From the NCBI GenBank assembly GCA_965224705.1, contig OZ245056.1, positions 2,784,001 through 2,848,000 on the forward strand: a DNA stretch of 64,000 bases. Reading direction: 5' to 3'. The notes under the pieces were generated by a model. It saw only the letters and a program-made list of their open reading frames with translations, was not told the DNA's origin and searched no databases. The position numbers and the translations under genes were made by a program. This DNA comes from Spirochaetaceae bacterium (lineage in GTDB: Bacteria > Spirochaetota > Spirochaetia > DSM-2461). Positions 60,869-64,000 of this stretch are shown piece after piece; position 1 is the first letter of the stretch; the number at the start of each line of letters is the position of its first letter.

Positions 60869-62296
60869 TCAGCCAATATCTTCCCGATTGTCTGTGCGCA
60901 GTACAGCTGCCACGGCAGCAATTACCCTATCCACATCAGCTTCCGAGGTTTTCCAATTGACCACACTGACACGCATGACCTGCATACCCCGCCAGACAGA
61001 TCCACTGAAAAAAGCCTCACCAGTCGCATTGATGGCTTCTATTATCGACCTTGTCCGGCAATCGCTATCATCTGGAGTTGCTGAGGGAGAGGGGCTGGGG
61101 AATCGAACAAGACCCTGGTTCAATGTAGGCATACGGAGAACTTCCACTCCCGGCAGTTTTCCCAGACCGGAGACCAGCCTGACAGCCATGGCGCAGGTTC
61201 TGTTTATGAGTTCTTCAACCCCTTTGCGTCCAAGCTGACGGAGAGCGGCATAGGCGGCAAATCCCCTGGCCCGGCGGGAAAACTCAGGGTTCCAGTCCAT
61301 CTGATTGCGGATTTTTGCGTCATTGCTGACATAGGCCGCATTGACAGTCATGCCAATGCGGTGTGCTTCCGCGTCCCGGACAAATGCAAATCCGCAGTCG
61401 TATGGCAGGTTCAGCCATTTATGCCCATCGGCGGCCCAGCTGTCTGCCAGTTCCAGACCGGCCATCCGGGATGCGAATTTCCGGCTGGCACGGGCGATCA
61501 GTCCGAATGCTCCATCTATGTGTACCCAGGCCCCATGTTCCTTCGCCATGGGAATGATTGTTTCAAACAAATCAAAAGTTCCAATGTTCAAGTCACCGGC
61601 ATTCAAGCAGACGATTACCGGACCGTTCATTCTGTTCATCAGCATCTGGAACTGCTGCGGATCTATCCTGTCATCGTCGTTAACCGGGGCAGGAAGTATG
61701 GCATTCAGGCCGAATCCCAGAAAGCGCAATGCCCTGTCGATGGTTGTATGCCGCCTGCTGTTAACAATGACAGTAACCGGAGGAGCTCCAAACATCCCCT
61801 GACTGTTTACCTCCCACCCTTCCTTCTGCAGAACAGCATGACGGGCGGCCGAGAGGCAGGTGAAGTGGGCCATCTGACACCCTGTTGTAAAGGCAAACGA
61901 AGTCCTGGGAGGCAGACCCAGCAGTTCTTTCAACCAGGTACCGGTTACCTCTTCAACAATGGCGGCGGCAGGGGAATGATCGGGTAAGGCGGCATTTTGA
62001 TCCCATGTGGATGTCAGCCAGTCGGCTGCGAGAGATGCTTCCAGCGTACCTCCGGTTACCCATGCAAAAAACCGGGGACCGGGGCTGCGCATCAAACCGC
62101 CTTCAACGGCTGAAACCAGGTCGTCAATAACTGTTTCGGACAGAGTGCCCGATTCAGGGAGAGGACCGCCCAGATTGGCTCGAAGTGTCGATGTGTCGGC
62201 CCTGGGACCGACAGGGCCATCCTGAAGACTGTCCAGCCAGTTCATTGCATGGTTGACAGTTTGATTCAATACATTGGTGTTCATTCCATTCTTCAT
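60869..62296 (-). CDS. Group II PLP-dependent (aromatic amino acid/glutamate-type) decarboxylase
   Basis: PRFFAWVTGG, WVHIDGAFG, ADGHKWLNLPYDCG (PLP Lys) and PEFSRRARG. Confidence 0.9.
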   Translation of the reverse strand: MKNGMNTNVLNQTVNHAMNWLDSLQDGPVGPRADTSTLRANLGGPLPESGTLSETVIDDLVSAVEGGLMRSPGPRFFAWVTGGTLEASLAADWLTSTWDQNAALPDHSPAAAIVEEVTGTWLKELLGLPPRTSFAFTTGCQMAHFTCLSAARHAVLQKEGWEVNSQGMFGAPPVTVIVNSRRHTTIDRALRFLGFGLNAILPAPVNDDDRIDPQQFQMLMNRMNGPVIVCLNAGDLNIGTFDLFETIIPMAKEHGAWVHIDGAFGLIARASRKFASRMAGLELADSWAADGHKWLNLPYDCGFAFVRDAEAHRIGMTVNAAYVSNDAKIRNQMDWNPEFSRRARGFAAYAALRQLGRKGVEELINRTCAMAVRLVSGLGKLPGVEVLRMPTLNQGLVRFPSPSPSATPDDSDCRTRSIIEAINATGEAFFSGSVWRGMQVMRVSVVNWKTSEADVDRVIAAVAAVLRTDNREDIG

Positions 62297-62332
62297 ATCC
62301 GATGTTTTTCCATTCCGCTCATCATTAATGCT

Positions 62333-63070
62333 TCATTGTAGTTTATTTGTATCAATTATAACCAGAGATAATCCCCCACTTTCTCCCTCCGGCAGTTCGG
62401 CCAGGGAGGGGGCAAGTTTTTCATCCGGAAATCCCGCCCGGCGTACAAATGACGCAGAAGACTCCAGGTTTCGTTTCCTGAGCCACAAACGAAACTCGGC
62501 CAGCCGTCCTCCAATTTTCATCACCACAACGGTCTCATGAATTGAAAGGATGTCTGTCAGCCTGTCCAGATCTTCCGGGAGGGGGTAGACCCCGAGTCGT
62601 TCACTGCCTGAAACCAGATCCCGTCCAAGTGCCGCAGATGCCAGTTGAAAGCTTGAAATTCCCGGAATTCGTCGTATATCCCATGTACCAAGACTGGTAA
62701 GAGCGGATTGAAGATAACCGAACGTGCTGTAGAAGCATACATCGCCAAGAGTGACATAGGAGATAATCTGACCTCTGTTCAACAATCCAGTCATGTTCTC
62801 AGCCTGTTCTCTCCAGAATACGGAACGCTTCAGGGGATCTCCATCCATCCGATAGACAAGTTCCCGTATGACAGGAACCTTTTCCTCATTCAGATTGAAT
62901 CGTCCCGATTTCAATGCCCGGTCAACAATATTCCCGGCAGCCGAAGCGGTTGTCCGTATGCCTCTGGGAATGAATATCACATCGGATTCATTCAGAGCTT
63001 CCACGGCTTTCAGTGTCAGAAGACCAGGATCTCCGGGTCCCAGTCCAATCCCGTAAAGAATTCCTTTCAT
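62333..63070 (-). CDS. cbiL: Precorrin-2/cobalt-factor II C20-methyltransferase
   Basis: LYGIGLGPGDPGLLTLKA, TLGDVCFYSTF, IPGISS and VVVMK motifs. Confidence 0.9.
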   Translation of the reverse strand: MKGILYGIGLGPGDPGLLTLKAVEALNESDVIFIPRGIRTTASAAGNIVDRALKSGRFNLNEEKVPVIRELVYRMDGDPLKRSVFWREQAENMTGLLNRGQIISYVTLGDVCFYSTFGYLQSALTSLGTWDIRRIPGISSFQLASAALGRDLVSGSERLGVYPLPEDLDRLTDILSIHETVVVMKIGGRLAEFRLWLRKRNLESSASFVRRAGFPDEKLAPSLAELPEGESGGLSLVIIDTNKLQ

Positions 63071-63723
63071 TCAACAATCATGACACAGAGACGATAAGAA
63101 TCATCCCTGCCGCCCTTCCCGGATCGGGCTGTTTCTTCCAGACTGCATGCCGTCCAGCCTTCATTCGGCAGAGTCAGGTTTTCCCCAAGCCATACCCTGC
63201 GATTCCCAACTTCCAATTTGAGCAATTCGCCGGCAATAGAAGAGGGTGATCGTCTGGCATCGGTGAGCAGTATGATACGGCTGCCGGATTGCAGGGCTTT
63301 CAAAGCGGCTTCTTGAATTTCCTGAAAGTCCTTCCCATGGCAGCTGCAAAGGTGATCGGCCTGCCATGGCTTGCCCAGATGGGCCATGGCTGACTGAAAA
63401 CTGCTGATTCCTGGAATAACCTCATACTCCTCCGGAGAAAAACTGCGGGAAATTACCCCCAGTAAACTATGAAAACCGGGATCACCGGTTACCAGTACGG
63501 CGATGCGCTTATTCCGATTTTCCCGTAGGTAATCAATCAGTTCACTGAGATTGGCCCGGTACAGGAATGTCTCCTTCTTACTTCTGAGTATTTCTTTTTC
63601 AGCCATCTCAATCTGCCGGGGTGCCCCGGCGAGAACTTCGGCCTGTTCAATGGCTTTGAAGGCGGCCGGTATGATGTAGTCCAGTCCCCCGGGTCCCATT
63701 CCGACAATTTTAAATCTCTCCAT
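63067..63723 (-). CDS. cbiE: Cobalt-precorrin-7 C5-methyltransferase
   Basis: IVGMGPG, TGDPGFHS, PGISSFQ, SCHG, LLTD and GENLT..E motifs. Confidence 0.88.
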   Translation of the reverse strand: MERFKIVGMGPGGLDYIIPAAFKAIEQAEVLAGAPRQIEMAEKEILRSKKETFLYRANLSELIDYLRENRNKRIAVLVTGDPGFHSLLGVISRSFSPEEYEVIPGISSFQSAMAHLGKPWQADHLCSCHGKDFQEIQEAALKALQSGSRIILLTDARRSPSSIAGELLKLEVGNRRVWLGENLTLPNEGWTACSLEETARSGKGGRDDSYRLCVMIVE

Positions 63724-64000
63724 GTGCCAGTACCCTGCCCTCCATGTCAATCAGTATGGATTCCAGTACAGGATGATGACTGCCCTGATTCAGCCGGATA
63801 CGGCATCGTTCCAACAGCCGTCTGTTCATCAATTCCCAGGTATGACTTAAATTTCTCCCGGCAAGACAGGAAACAGCAGCCTCTGTCGTTTTAAGCCTCA
63901 GCAGTTCTTGAATTGTGTCTGTATCGGCACCGGCCGCTCCGGCCCATGCAGCCACTGTTTCCATCCGGGCATCCCCGGCCTTCCAATGCGTATCAAACAA
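63710..64000 (-). CDS. cbiD: C-terminus of cobalt-precorrin-5B C1-methyltransferase (partial)
   Basis: FDTHWKAGDARMETVAA...TTEAA; directly upstream of cbiE. Confidence 0.75.
   Translation of the reverse strand: MFDTHWKAGDARMETVAAWAGAAGADTDTIQELLRLKTTEAAVSCLAGRNLSHTWELMNRRLLERCRIRLNQGSHHPVLESILIDMEGRVLAHGEI

Overview
Bacterial chromosome segment, most likely from a spirochaete (Spirochaetia). The evidence is a tamB-like/tmk pair, the queA-ruvBAC-yebC and lepB-lepB-FGE-smpB order, and an 'LFAGG'-type solute-binding-protein signal. 1-12.1 kb is housekeeping and ends in smpB plus tmRNA. 12.1-60.9 kb is mostly accessory. It holds a frameshifted AT-rich MFS gene, a SWIM-SNF2 ATPase bracketed by inverted 9-bp-periodic repeat elements, a 1699-aa Ig-repeat lipoprotein, and a PEP-dependent dihydroxyacetone kinase operon with an aquaporin and a full DhaM-HPr-EI fusion. 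It also holds a ~20-kb LacI-controlled beta-1,3-glucan (laminarin-type) utilisation locus without SusC/D. That locus encodes a clan GH-A hydrolase fused to a probable outer-membrane beta-barrel, a multi-CBM lipoprotein, an ABC importer, two GH16 enzymes and a GH161-like phosphorylase. After a CoA-disulfide reductase comes a MITE-flanked four-lipoprotein operon built from 17 copies of a cysteine-free I-set-like Ig module, three of the proteins ending in divergent Kelch-type propellers. The window ends with a PLP decarboxylase and cbiL/cbiE/cbiD. A MITE family with 15-bp TIRs occurs repeatedly, and one copy abuts nucleotide 1 of the tmRNA. All family assignments are by motif recognition; no searches were run.
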